Part shown: positions 48,799 to 58,368 of the stretch, one piece after another
Layout: each line of letters opens with the position of its first letter
Position numbering within the stretch: the stretch's first letter is position 1
Source: Fibrobacter sp.
Lineage (GTDB): Bacteria > Fibrobacterota > Fibrobacteria > Fibrobacterales > Fibrobacteraceae
Direction of reading: 5' to 3'
Assembly: GCA_024398955.1 (NCBI GenBank)
Contig: JAKSIG010000004.1
Coordinates: forward strand, 11,539-75,538
DNA: 64,000 nt
Program-made: the position numbers and the translations under genes
The notes under the pieces: generated by a model
What the model was told of the DNA's origin: nothing
The model's input: the letters and a program-made list of their open reading frames with translations, nothing else
Database searches by the model: none

Positions 48799-50574
48799 TT
48801 AGACTTGCTTTTCGTTCTTTGCTGCTTCAGCGGCGGCGGCTTCGCTTTTACGGATTTCTTCCTGCTCGATAGCTGCAGCTGTGTAATCTGATTCTGTAGT
48901 CCATTCTGGCTGCCATACAACAACCCTGTTTCGTCCGTTTTCCTTGCCCTGGTATAGTGCCTTGTCGGCCAGCTGGATGCTGCGGTCTGCGCCAAGGCGG
49001 TGGTCGAACTGAGCCACGCCCAGCGTAATGGTAATGTTGATGGAGTAGTCTGCGTAGTGGACTGTCATCATCTCGATTTGGCGGCGGAAACGTTCTGCAA
49101 CGGCTGTTGCACCTTCGAGATCAGTTTCTGGGAGCAGCGTCAGGAATTCTTCACCGCCGTAGCGGGCGAATACGTCGTACTTACGCAGTAGGCCTCGGAT
49201 TGTCTGGGCTACGGATTTCAAGATTACGTCACCGCAGGCATGGCCGTAGGTGTCGTTAATAACCTTAAAGTGGTCTATGTCTACGAAGATGAAACAGAAG
49301 GGTTTCTTGCTGCGCTGGGTTCTGCCGATTTCGTGGGCGATAGTTTCGTTCATGTCGCGGCGGTTCGGCAATCCAGTAAGTTCATCGGTCCTAGAAATCA
49401 GGTCCAGCTTCTTGTTGGCGATTTCAAGTTCCTTCGTTCTTTCGCTAACTTCCTGCTCCAGGCTTTGACGATGTGCTTCCAGTTCACGAATCTGACGTTG
49501 GATGGTGGCGATCATGGTGTTGAAAGCCTTTGACAGCAAACCGATTTCATCCTTGCGATTGCCGACATGAACCTGCTCCATTTCTTTACCTTCGGTAATT
49601 TCGTAAATGTGGTAGGTCAGGCGGTTCAGGGGGAGTCCAAGCTTTGCGAACATCCAGGTAGCGAGGAATAAAATGATAAAGATGGATGCGACAAGGATGA
49701 CCCAGTTACCGATGGAGGATGATTGCACCAGGTTGTCTATTTCAACCTTCGGCTGGAAAGAGAACATGGCGATATCATAGCTGGAATCGTACTTATAGTT
49801 GGTCAGGTAAGTGTTCCCATTGGTCAGCGTATAGTACTGAGCCTGCTTGATGCCAAAGTTCTTGGGGTCGATGTCCTTAAGTCCCATCTCAGAAATCTTG
49901 TGCGTTCCGGAAAGCCATTGCTTAAGGTCGGGGTGGTAAAGAATTTCGCCTTGGCTGTTGATGACCATGACAAAACCATTCTGACCTACCTTGTAGTCTG
50001 CAAGGTTTTTCCAGATTCTGCGTAAGGAGAATCCGGCGAGAAGGCTTCCGTCGCCAACGGCTCGGTTTGTGATTCCAATTGCAAAAATGCGCTGGGGAGG
50101 TGCGTCCTGCGCATCTCGGAACCAAGGCGTCATGTAAGGACGATGGGGCGTGATTCTAGAAAAGTCCACGGGGTAGGAGTCTGCCGAAGGCATGCCTACC
50201 ATGGAGTTGTCACATACAAACTTTTCTTGACGGTCGTAGATGGAGACTGTTTCGCCCGAAATAAATAGCGAAGAAATGTTGTAGCTCTTGAGGTAACTGG
50301 CAGCCATGGTCGGGTCCATGCTCTGCAGTTCTGAAGTCTTGGCTAGAAGGGTTAAGCGGTCTCCGAACTGGCGCATTTCTGAAGTGGCCGTATTCATGAG
50401 CTGGCTTAGCTGGGCTTCGTTGTTGTTGAAGTTCCATTCCAGCATCAACTTAGTCTGCTTGTTGTTCATAAAGAACGTACTTCCCGTGACCACGAGGGTC
50501 ATGGAAATCAGCAGCACCAGGATGACCTTGAAAATGATGCTTCTAGAAAATCTTGTAGCCAAGGATTCGTTCAT
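48799..50574 (-). CDS. Membrane sensor diguanylate cyclase (dCache-HAMP-GGDEF)
   Basis: Two TM helices flanking a periplasmic domain (GEILYHP); HAMP (DEIGLLSKAFN); DELTGLPNRR, DIDHFKVINDTYGH, RKYD I-site and GGEEF. Confidence 0.93.
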   Translation of the reverse strand: MNESLATRFSRSIIFKVILVLLISMTLVVTGSTFFMNNKQTKLMLEWNFNNNEAQLSQLMNTATSEMRQFGDRLTLLAKTSELQSMDPTMAASYLKSYNISSLFISGETVSIYDRQEKFVCDNSMVGMPSADSYPVDFSRITPHRPYMTPWFRDAQDAPPQRIFAIGITNRAVGDGSLLAGFSLRRIWKNLADYKVGQNGFVMVINSQGEILYHPDLKQWLSGTHKISEMGLKDIDPKNFGIKQAQYYTLTNGNTYLTNYKYDSSYDIAMFSFQPKVEIDNLVQSSSIGNWVILVASIFIILFLATWMFAKLGLPLNRLTYHIYEITEGKEMEQVHVGNRKDEIGLLSKAFNTMIATIQRQIRELEAHRQSLEQEVSERTKELEIANKKLDLISRTDELTGLPNRRDMNETIAHEIGRTQRSKKPFCFIFVDIDHFKVINDTYGHACGDVILKSVAQTIRGLLRKYDVFARYGGEEFLTLLPETDLEGATAVAERFRRQIEMMTVHYADYSINITITLGVAQFDHRLGADRSIQLADKALYQGKENGRNRVVVWQPEWTTESDYTAAAIEQEEIRKSEAAAAEAAKNEKQV

Positions 50575-50584
50575 AAGTTACCGA

Positions 50585-52114
50585 TTATTTCTTTGACTTT
50601 CTGCGGAAATTGAAGGCAAATCCGAGAATTAACATTACGACAAAGACTAACGGCGCTTTTTTCAGATTGTCGTTTACGACACTGTTGTTGCTGGCTTCGC
50701 TAGCTTCAGCAGCTTTTTCGGTTTCGGCAGCGCCGTTGATTTTCTGCCATGTGGCGATGAATTCCGCCTTAGTCATAATATCGTTGGTAGGGCAGTTCAG
50801 CTTTTTGTTGATATCGATGGTGTACTGCTTAAAGATATCATAAAGCTTTTCTTCGGAGTAGAGGGAGGGAATTTCTACCTGTTCCCAAACGGAACTGAAC
50901 ATGGACACGAGAATCTGTTCTATGCCGCCCCATTCTGCAATGGCTGTATAGGTCTTGCCTGTTTCAAGCCCTTTAATCAATTCACGATAATCTTCGTCAG
51001 AAGACCAGGATTCCAATACCTTCCTAGATGAAGGAAGCAGGCCTATCTGTCTTGTGTAGGCATCCTGGTTTTCGTCATTGACCAGGAACAGAAGAAGGTC
51101 CTTGGCTTCTTTTCGGTCGTTCTTTGCGGGGATGGCTAGGTTGCTTCCGCCTACGAAACTGACGGAACCAGCACTACCCTTGGGGAAGGGGATGACCATG
51201 ACGCTGTCAGAACCGATGCGGGCGTTGGAAAGTCCGCCCTGGCTTCCGTGAATGCGGGTCTGCATCACGATTTCAGAAGTATTTACAATGAATGCCAATT
51301 CGCCGTTGTTAAAGAACTGGGCAATCTGAGCTGTATTTGTTTGCAGAGCTTCGGGCTGCACTAGACCGTCAAGTACGAAATTGAGGTAGCGGGAGATGCC
51401 TCTTAGGGTTTCTTCGGAAAGAATGTTGGCACACCACTTTCCTTCGTCGTCCTTCTTGACGAAAGAGCCTCCGTTACTCCAGACCCAGGGGGCGAAGTTG
51501 TGGGGGATGTTCCAGTCGCTCTTGCCGGGGAAGGCGTAACCCCTGATGGTTGTACCGTCGTCGTGAGTTTCCTTGGCGTCGTTAATTTTGTGGATGGCGT
51601 CAACGAATCCTTCGTATGTAGAAACGTTTTCCTTGGTAATGTTGTGTTCTTTTAGTATTCTCTTGTTGGCAAGAACTGGGCGAATGTCGATGAACCAGGG
51701 CACGGAGTAAATGATTGTGTCGCCGTCGATGTGGGTCGTATTCCAGCTAATGGGAACAAATCTGGATGGCTGGATGTCATCTAGCCAGTTGTTTAAAGGC
51801 TTGATTTCGTTGCGTGAGGCAAAATAGGGGATCCAGGTGGTGCCCAGCTGAAGAACGTCGGGTTTTTCCTGGTCGTCAGACGAAAGTGCCAAGGAAATTC
51901 TATTCCAGGCTTCACCCCAGTCCAGAACCTGGACTTTCGTGGGGATGCCTGTTTTTTGGGTATAAAGGCTGAGGCGCTGCTCCAGTCGTTCTTGAGGAGA
52001 AGCTCCGTTTGGCATGATCCACACGGTTAGCGGTTTGGGGGCGGCAGAAACTCCCATTGCAGCTCCCAGAATCAATGCCGTAACAATCGAAGATTTTTTT
52101 AAACGACCCAACAT
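50585..52114 (-). CDS. Extracellular solute-binding protein (sugar-binding family 1) with C-terminal membrane anchor
   Basis: Signal peptide; PDVLQLGTTW, YSVPWFID, FNNGELAF and SFVGGSNLAI motifs; terminal TM helix followed by RRKSKK. Confidence 0.85.
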   Translation of the reverse strand: MLGRLKKSSIVTALILGAAMGVSAAPKPLTVWIMPNGASPQERLEQRLSLYTQKTGIPTKVQVLDWGEAWNRISLALSSDDQEKPDVLQLGTTWIPYFASRNEIKPLNNWLDDIQPSRFVPISWNTTHIDGDTIIYSVPWFIDIRPVLANKRILKEHNITKENVSTYEGFVDAIHKINDAKETHDDGTTIRGYAFPGKSDWNIPHNFAPWVWSNGGSFVKKDDEGKWCANILSEETLRGISRYLNFVLDGLVQPEALQTNTAQIAQFFNNGELAFIVNTSEIVMQTRIHGSQGGLSNARIGSDSVMVIPFPKGSAGSVSFVGGSNLAIPAKNDRKEAKDLLLFLVNDENQDAYTRQIGLLPSSRKVLESWSSDEDYRELIKGLETGKTYTAIAEWGGIEQILVSMFSSVWEQVEIPSLYSEEKLYDIFKQYTIDINKKLNCPTNDIMTKAEFIATWQKINGAAETEKAAEASEASNNSVVNDNLKKAPLVFVVMLILGFAFNFRRKSKK

Positions 52115-52400
52115 TTAATACTCCTTCACATACTTCAAATGGTGGTGCTTGATAAGCATCACATATCTTCAAAGGTATATATTTTTTTTGAATCTCTTTG
52201 CTTTTTTTGAAAAAAATGGCTTAAATAGCCTGTTTAGAACGTTTATTTTGGAATGAGTGAAAATTTGTGCATTATTCTAAAATGAGTGAGCGATATCAAT
52301 CTTGTAAAAAAATTGGGGATTTCTACAAAAGCCGAGTTTTTTTTATTTATATTTCCGCTAGTCGAAAAAAACGACAAACTCAATCCTTAAGGAGTATACA

Positions 52401-52835
52401 ATGAAAAAAGGTATCATTACCCTTCTCTGCGCTGGCATGATCGTTCTGACCGGCTGCTATGGCAAGAACGCTTGCTTCAACAAGATTCATCAGTGGAACG
52501 GCACCCTCGGTGACAAGTGGATCAACTCCATCGTTCACTTCTTCCTGATGGTTATCCCCGTTTACGGTATCGCTCTCGGTCTCGTTGACGGCCTCGTTCT
52601 CAACACTGTTGAATTCTGGACCGGTTCCAACCCCCTCGCTGCTGGCGACACCTACTATGAAAAGGACGCTCAGGGCAACGAAATCGCAGCTGTCAAGAAC
52701 GCTGACGGTACCATGTCCGTTGAAATCACCACTGCTAAGGGCGAAAAGGCTAACCTCATGCTCCAGCGTGATGAAAACGTTGTTCGCGCTCTCGACGCAG
52801 AAGGCAACACCGTTGCTCAGTACGACGTGAAGTAA
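52401..52835 (+). CDS. DUF3332-like lipoprotein
   Basis: LTGCYG..FNK...WN, IPVYG...DGLVLNTVEFWTGSNP; AAGGAG RBS. Confidence 0.8.
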   Translation: MKKGIITLLCAGMIVLTGCYGKNACFNKIHQWNGTLGDKWINSIVHFFLMVIPVYGIALGLVDGLVLNTVEFWTGSNPLAAGDTYYEKDAQGNEIAAVKNADGTMSVEITTAKGEKANLMLQRDENVVRALDAEGNTVAQYDVK

Positions 52836-52856
52836 TTTTTTAAAATTACACATAAT

Positions 52857-52890
52857 AAAATGCCTCTGGCTTAACGCCGGAGGCATTTTT
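52857..52890 (+). terminator. Rho-independent terminator
   Basis: AAAATGCCTCTGGC-TTAAC-GCCGGAGGCATTTTT. Confidence 0.75.
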
Positions 52891-52947
52891 GTATAAAAAA
52901 TAGCTGTTTCCAACAGGCTTTCTAAATAAATAATGTATTTTAGACGT

Positions 52948-53670
52948 ATGCCTGGGCGTGTTTGTAAAATTGTCGGTGCTGTACCTGCAGTGCTTGTGGT
53001 GGTTACTCTGTGTTTAACCGCCTGCCTTGATGATTTTGCTGGCCGAGGCAATGCCGCTCTTCGTGTTGGTGATTATGATCGTGCCGTGGCGAATTTTTCG
53101 AAGGCTCTTGACTATGATCCGGCAAATCGAGATGCTCGCTATGGCCTTGCCCTTTCTTACTATGCCATTGCCGAAGAAAGTGAGCATTTGCGAATTCCTA
53201 CGTTTGATTTGTGGAATCGAGCCGTGCGAGAATTCAAGATTCTTTCGAATATCGATAGTAGCGGAAGCATCAATGCCAACTATTCTACCTGCTTGTTTTA
53301 TCTGGCTCGTGCATCTTTGTCGCAGAATTCCAGTGCTAATGTTCTGCCGTTGCTGAATCAGTCGATTCTGCTGGATAGTGCCAATTACTTCAGTTATAAT
53401 TTGAAGGGGCTGCTTCTGGGCCGTAGTGGGCTGAAAATGGATGTGGAAGAAGCCAAGAAGATTTTCATTCATATTGTGACTCACGAACCCGCCTTTATCT
53501 CGGCCTATGTGAATTTGGGCAATATTTATTGGGATGAGGGAGACATAGAATCCGCATGGGATATTTGGTCCATGGGGCTTGAAAAGTCCCCCAACGACAG
53601 AACGCTAGTCCATTGGACGCAGGTGGCAGAAGATTCGCTCAAGGCTAAAGTTCTGTCTGGGGAATTGTGA
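52948..53670 (+). CDS. TPR lipoprotein
   Basis: Lipobox LTAC; TPR motifs GDYDRAVANFSKAL..DP and AYVNLGNIYW..GDIE.A. Confidence 0.8.
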   Translation: MPGRVCKIVGAVPAVLVVVTLCLTACLDDFAGRGNAALRVGDYDRAVANFSKALDYDPANRDARYGLALSYYAIAEESEHLRIPTFDLWNRAVREFKILSNIDSSGSINANYSTCLFYLARASLSQNSSANVLPLLNQSILLDSANYFSYNLKGLLLGRSGLKMDVEEAKKIFIHIVTHEPAFISAYVNLGNIYWDEGDIESAWDIWSMGLEKSPNDRTLVHWTQVAEDSLKAKVLSGEL

Positions 53671-54809
53671 TGACTGGTGATGTTCTGCTCCATGAGGGAG
53701 GCGAGGCCGATATTTATGGACTTCGGGGGTTAAAGGAAAATCTTGTATTGAAAAAATACAAGAATGGTTCCTGCTTCGACAGAATCGTCCTCGAAAAAAT
53801 ATCCATCTGCAAATACGAGGGCTTGTATCACGTTCGTGAGTTTGGAACGCGGGATGGTTCACCCTTTATTGTTTATGAGCATGTAGATGGTGTAACGTCC
53901 TCTAGATTTGAGTGCATGCCTGTAGTTGTTGCGTTGCGGGCTTTGCGTCAGGTGGCAAGGACCCTGGCTGCCCTGGATTCTTTTGGTGTTCATCACGGGG
54001 ATTTGAGTCCTGCCAATGTTATACTGGTGCCGGAGGCTGATGCATTTAGGACGGTGCTTATAGACTTTGGCATTGTGGGCCTTGGCGCCTTGTCTTATGC
54101 GGCTCCGGAACGTTTTCGCGGTAAAAATCCTGATGCAAGATCCGATCTGTTCGCGTTGGGAATGCTGCTGTATCGATGGATTTCTGGCGCAGATTTTATT
54201 GCGGCAGACTGTAGCTTTGATGAACTTGCCGCACAAATGGCAGCCGTTGAACCGCAAAAGCTGACGGAACGACTTTACGGAACAGGTACGATTTCTGTTC
54301 AGGAACTTTCTGCACTGGACCCTTTATGGAACGGTCTTGTTCAGAAGAATCCCGAGGATCGATTTGAAGATTTTGATGAACTGGATGAAGTTCTAGAAAT
54401 TGCGTTGAATAAAGTTGGCGGTGGTGAAATAGCCGTTTTAAAAGCGGAGCGGGATTTCGTTTGTGGTGCATTGGCGGAACAGGTTGAAAAAATGCGACAA
54501 AATGTTCCGGCCGTTGATGCTGCCCCCAAAAAAACATCAAATTTAAGGGCCGAAGGGGAAGTTGCTCAAAAAAAATTCCCCGTAAAAACCTCGGTTTTCA
54601 TTGGAATAGGACTTATATTGTTGATTGTAGCGGTTGTCCTTGTTTTGGGGGCGAAAAATTCCGGTGTTGATGAAGTCGGCGCCCTGGTTCTGCAAAAGTC
54701 AAGAAGTCTAGAACCGGCATCAGGAATGGATGTTCCTGCTGATGTCGAAGAAACTCTTGCGGATTCAAGCCTACTCAAGGATTTGCCAACCCTGGAACGG
54801 AATCCGTAA
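53667..54809 (+). CDS. Hanks-type Ser/Thr protein kinase with C-terminal TM helix
   Basis: EGGEADIY, LVLK, HGDLSPANV, IDFG, YAAPE and DLFALG motifs; TM FIGIGLILLIVAVVLVLG. Confidence 0.85.
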   Translation: MMTGDVLLHEGGEADIYGLRGLKENLVLKKYKNGSCFDRIVLEKISICKYEGLYHVREFGTRDGSPFIVYEHVDGVTSSRFECMPVVVALRALRQVARTLAALDSFGVHHGDLSPANVILVPEADAFRTVLIDFGIVGLGALSYAAPERFRGKNPDARSDLFALGMLLYRWISGADFIAADCSFDELAAQMAAVEPQKLTERLYGTGTISVQELSALDPLWNGLVQKNPEDRFEDFDELDEVLEIALNKVGGGEIAVLKAERDFVCGALAEQVEKMRQNVPAVDAAPKKTSNLRAEGEVAQKKFPVKTSVFIGIGLILLIVAVVLVLGAKNSGVDEVGALVLQKSRSLEPASGMDVPADVEETLADSSLLKDLPTLERNP

Positions 54810-54843
54810 GTCTGTAACAGGTTTTAACAGCGAGAGGTGTTTT

Positions 54844-56298
54844 GTGAAATCTGAATCGATGCTTGCCACAGAAAAGATGCTTGACGTGGTAAAGACTCTT
54901 TTGGATGAACAGCAGCCTGAGAGTCTGTTCCCGAAGATTTTGGACGTGGCCAAAGAGGTCCTTCACGCAGATGCTGCCGTATTGGATATTGGAGGAGACA
55001 GCCCTCTCCATTTGAGCAATCCAGAATCGGTTGCTATTTCGATTTCAGCGGTTAAGCTGGCCAAGTCCGAAAAACGGGCTGTGGTCTGGAATCAGCTTGA
55101 TGACGAATCCGCAGACCTTTCGAAGTCCATTGTACAAAACCAGCTGACGAGTATTATGGTGTCCCCTTTCCGTACTGCGGATTCTGAGTCCGGCTACCTT
55201 TATTTGCAACGAGCCGCCCGCGAAGAACCCTTTACCGAAGATGACAGCAAGTTGTTTGATTCCTTTGTTGCGGTTTGTGAAAAGTTTGCCTTTGCTGCCT
55301 TTGACCGCCTGAGAGATAAGGAATCTCTGGATGTGTTGAAGAATGTTGTCCGTAATGATGGCTTTGTATATTCCAGCAAGGTGATGGCGGATCTTGTGGC
55401 GCTGGCTGATAAGCTGGCAGGACTGCCTTTGCCCGTGATTATCCGTGGAGAAACTGGCACTGGCAAGGAAGTGGTGGCCCGTTATATCCATAAGCACAGC
55501 CCCCGCGCTGATAGGCCCTTTATTGCGGTGAATTGCGGAGCCATTCCCGAACATCTGATGGAGTCTTTGCTGTTTGGGCATGCAAAGGGATCTTTTACTG
55601 GAGCCATTGAAAATCGCAAGGGCTTTTTTGAAGAGGCCGATGGTGGAACCATCTTTCTGGATGAGATTGGTGAATTGCCGATGAATATGCAAGTCAAGCT
55701 ACTGCGAGTCTTGCAGGAAAAGCACATTACTCGTGTAGGTGATAATCGCGAAATTCCTGTAAATGTACGTGTCATTAGCGCAACACATGTCGACCTGGAA
55801 GCCGCTGTAAAAGACAAGACATTTAGAGAAGACTTGTACTTTAGAATTCAGGTAATGCCTGTAATGCTGCCTCCCTTGCGGGAACGCGGTCAGGATGTCA
55901 TTTTGCTTGCTGAAGAATTCCTGACTCGATATGGGGCAGAATATGGACGCGGCAAGTTCCACCTGAGTCGCAATGCAGAAAAGGCTATTTTGAGCTATTT
56001 CTGGCCAGGAAATGTTCGCGAACTTGAAAATAAAATCCAGAAGGCTCTGGTGCAGTCTGTTCACGGCGTGGTTCAGCCGGCAGACTTGGGCCTTGAAGAT
56101 GCCCAGTCTCAGGCCAAGGATTCTCCAAGAACTCTGAAGGAAGCTCGTGAAGCCGTTGAACGTGAAGTGATAGGCAAGGCTTTAAAAGACTGCAATGCTA
56201 ATTTGACTTTGGCTGCTACGATTTTGGGAATCGATCGTAAGGTTTTACGTGAAATTATGGAACGTCTGGGCTTGAAAAAGGAAACGTTCAAAAGTTAG
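54844..56298 (+). CDS. Sigma54-dependent enhancer-binding protein (GAF-AAA+-HTH)
   Basis: GETGTGKE, ESLLFGH, GSFTGA, FLDEIGE, FREDLYFR, WPGNVREL and a Fis-type HTH; GTG start after GAGG. Confidence 0.93.
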   Translation: MKSESMLATEKMLDVVKTLLDEQQPESLFPKILDVAKEVLHADAAVLDIGGDSPLHLSNPESVAISISAVKLAKSEKRAVVWNQLDDESADLSKSIVQNQLTSIMVSPFRTADSESGYLYLQRAAREEPFTEDDSKLFDSFVAVCEKFAFAAFDRLRDKESLDVLKNVVRNDGFVYSSKVMADLVALADKLAGLPLPVIIRGETGTGKEVVARYIHKHSPRADRPFIAVNCGAIPEHLMESLLFGHAKGSFTGAIENRKGFFEEADGGTIFLDEIGELPMNMQVKLLRVLQEKHITRVGDNREIPVNVRVISATHVDLEAAVKDKTFREDLYFRIQVMPVMLPPLRERGQDVILLAEEFLTRYGAEYGRGKFHLSRNAEKAILSYFWPGNVRELENKIQKALVQSVHGVVQPADLGLEDAQSQAKDSPRTLKEAREAVEREVIGKALKDCNANLTLAATILGIDRKVLREIMERLGLKKETFKS

Positions 56299-56355
56299 GT
56301 TTGTTATATTTAGAGCGCAGAACTTCCCAAAGGTTCTTTAGCCTAAAAGGATAGT

Positions 56356-56370
56356 TGGCACGGAATTTGC
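56356..56370 (+). promoter_or_regulatory. Sigma54 (-24/-12) promoter
   Basis: TGGCACGGAATTTGC matches the TGGCACG-N4-TTGC consensus and lies directly downstream of the activator gene. Confidence 0.8.
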
Positions 56371-56382
56371 GAAAGTAGAATT

Positions 56383-56802
56383 ATGAAAAAGATGACTTTC
56401 ATACAGACATTACTTGTGGCGACAGCAATAGGCTTTGCTGCCGAGTCTTCTATGCGTCCGGAGTCTTCTGTCCCGACCCCCGTCGAAAGAGCTGAAATTT
56501 CGAAAGAAACGCCCGATTTGGGAACGAAGGAGAACGAAGATTGGCAGAGAATGCGTGCCGAAAGGCGCAAGGCTCGAGAACAGATTTTGTCTGATTTGCG
56601 AAGCCAGAACGCTGCCGAAAAACAAAATCTTCGTTATAACGGTCCAAAAAATCGGAACGAAAATGCTCGTTTTGAGGGGGATGTCCCAAAAAATCAACCT
56701 CGTGAGCGTCGCCCTTTATATGAGCGGAATGAGCCTCAGCCCATGAATCCGCCTCGAGATATGCCTGGTCCCATGCGTGAAGGGGACCGTAATCGCCACT
56801 AA
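56383..56802 (+). CDS. Small exported charged protein (loosely Spy/CpxP-like)
   Basis: Signal peptide; Arg/Glu-rich helix; Pro/Met-rich tail. Confidence 0.65.
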   Translation: MKKMTFIQTLLVATAIGFAAESSMRPESSVPTPVERAEISKETPDLGTKENEDWQRMRAERRKAREQILSDLRSQNAAEKQNLRYNGPKNRNENARFEGDVPKNQPRERRPLYERNEPQPMNPPRDMPGPMREGDRNRH

Positions 56803-58202
56803 TGCGTTCACTTGCAGTAGCTGTTCTATTGCTAGTATCTGTGCTTATGGCGGAGACTCAGGAATCCGCTTACTATAGGGCTATGAAAGCAGAAGAAGCG
56901 GGTGATATTCCGGAAGCTGTTAAAGCTTTTGAAGAGGCCGCTGCTCTGCCGGGACCATATACCGCCGAAATTCAAGACATCATTAGGGAGTACAAGATCG
57001 CCCTAGGGCAGGTCGATTCTGTTGAAAGCCCTGAAATAGAGTCCTCTATAGAAGATGAAGTTTCCCCCTGGTCTTTTCATGTTATGGGAGACTTGGGATT
57101 CTATGGCCTACATTATAGCGAATACGATGGAATTGACCGAACCAGCGAGTTTGGCGGCGACGTTTTTTTGAATGTAAATCCTTTTGTGGAATATTCTGTG
57201 GGGGACTGGACCCATTCCTTTGGGATGAATGTGACTGGGGATTGGTTTGTTGCCAATGATGATATGCCCGCACTAGATACTTGTGACTGGAAACTGGCTC
57301 TTGGTCTAGAATACAGTCTGCTTGGTCCTTCGATTCTTGTAGACCTTGGTGTAGATTTTGTCAAAAGTCAAGGTGGAAATTTCTTGCCTGCATTTTACGG
57401 CTGGGTAGAACAGGATTTTTTCAGGTTCGAAAAGCAACGCTTTGGCTTGGCTGCCTGGGCCTACTACGATACCGATGGACCAATGTCTTATGCACTTTAT
57501 GGCTCATGGCATAGGTTTGCTACACAGGGGTGGAACGGTGCTGTTTATATTGGAACTCGCCTAGAGGCTGATTCTGTGCTTGATTATAAGCGGTATTTGG
57601 CGGATTATGAATTGGCTTATGATGCCGTTTATGAAGAAAGCATTTATGGCTCGTATGACAATTCACAGGACTATAACTGGAATAATTTTGAAAATGGATA
57701 CCAGTTTGGTGATACCCGAGATCCTATGGGACAATGTTTAGCGGAGCGCGGTCCGGAATGTTTCTCGATGGATCCCTATGTCCTGGATTCTCTGTATAGA
57801 AGTAAAAATGAAAATAAAGGTAATGGAAAAGAAGAAAACGAAAAAAAGGATAGCGAGGCAGTATCCGTTGTAGTTCCCGTACCGAAGTATTATGGAATGT
57901 GGATTGGTCCTACGCTAAGATCAAAAATTTCATACAAGTTCAAGACAAACATTACACTTGAGGGGCGATTGAACTTGTTCTATGGCTTTATTCTTGATGG
58001 CCCTGATAGCGACTATGAAAAAATCCGGAAGTTTAATGGAACCTGGGGCCTGATGTCTTATTGGAAGCCCGGCTCGGTTTCGATTTACCTGGGCGTAGAG
58101 CAGCTTTACCGTCGCTATCAGCTGCCCGCTTACTACAAGAACGTTTACGCAGAAAGCAGCTTGTTGACACAACTTAAAGTCGGCTTTAAGTGGGATATTT
58201 AA
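56802..58202 (+). CDS. Exported protein with N-terminal TPR and probable outer-membrane beta-barrel
   Basis: Signal peptide, TPR-like AGDIPEAVKAFEEA, aromatic-rich strands ending VGFKWDI; TAATG overlap. Confidence 0.7.
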   Translation: MRSLAVAVLLLVSVLMAETQESAYYRAMKAEEAGDIPEAVKAFEEAAALPGPYTAEIQDIIREYKIALGQVDSVESPEIESSIEDEVSPWSFHVMGDLGFYGLHYSEYDGIDRTSEFGGDVFLNVNPFVEYSVGDWTHSFGMNVTGDWFVANDDMPALDTCDWKLALGLEYSLLGPSILVDLGVDFVKSQGGNFLPAFYGWVEQDFFRFEKQRFGLAAWAYYDTDGPMSYALYGSWHRFATQGWNGAVYIGTRLEADSVLDYKRYLADYELAYDAVYEESIYGSYDNSQDYNWNNFENGYQFGDTRDPMGQCLAERGPECFSMDPYVLDSLYRSKNENKGNGKEENEKKDSEAVSVVVPVPKYYGMWIGPTLRSKISYKFKTNITLEGRLNLFYGFILDGPDSDYEKIRKFNGTWGLMSYWKPGSVSIYLGVEQLYRRYQLPAYYKNVYAESSLLTQLKVGFKWDI

Positions 58203-58275
58203 TGGAGATAGTGGGAGTCGAACCCATGACCTACTGATTGCGAACCAGTTGCTCTACCAACTGAGCTATATCCCC
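58203..58275 (-). tRNA. tRNA-Ala(CGC)
   Basis: GGGGATATAGCTCAGTTGGTAGAGC, ACTGG-TTCGCAA-TCAGT anticodon arm, GGTTCGACTCC, G3:U70 pair. Confidence 0.93.
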
Positions 58276-58368
58276 GATGCCTAATAATATAGAAGAATTT
58301 ATTGGAAATGGGGGATGTGAGTCGCAAATTTTATTGACTTGTATTCAAATGTTCACTATATTTGTCGC

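Noticed and set aside
58203-58275. tRNA-anchored prophage or genomic island
   Set aside because: No integrase and no duplicated tRNA 3' end near any of the three tRNAs.
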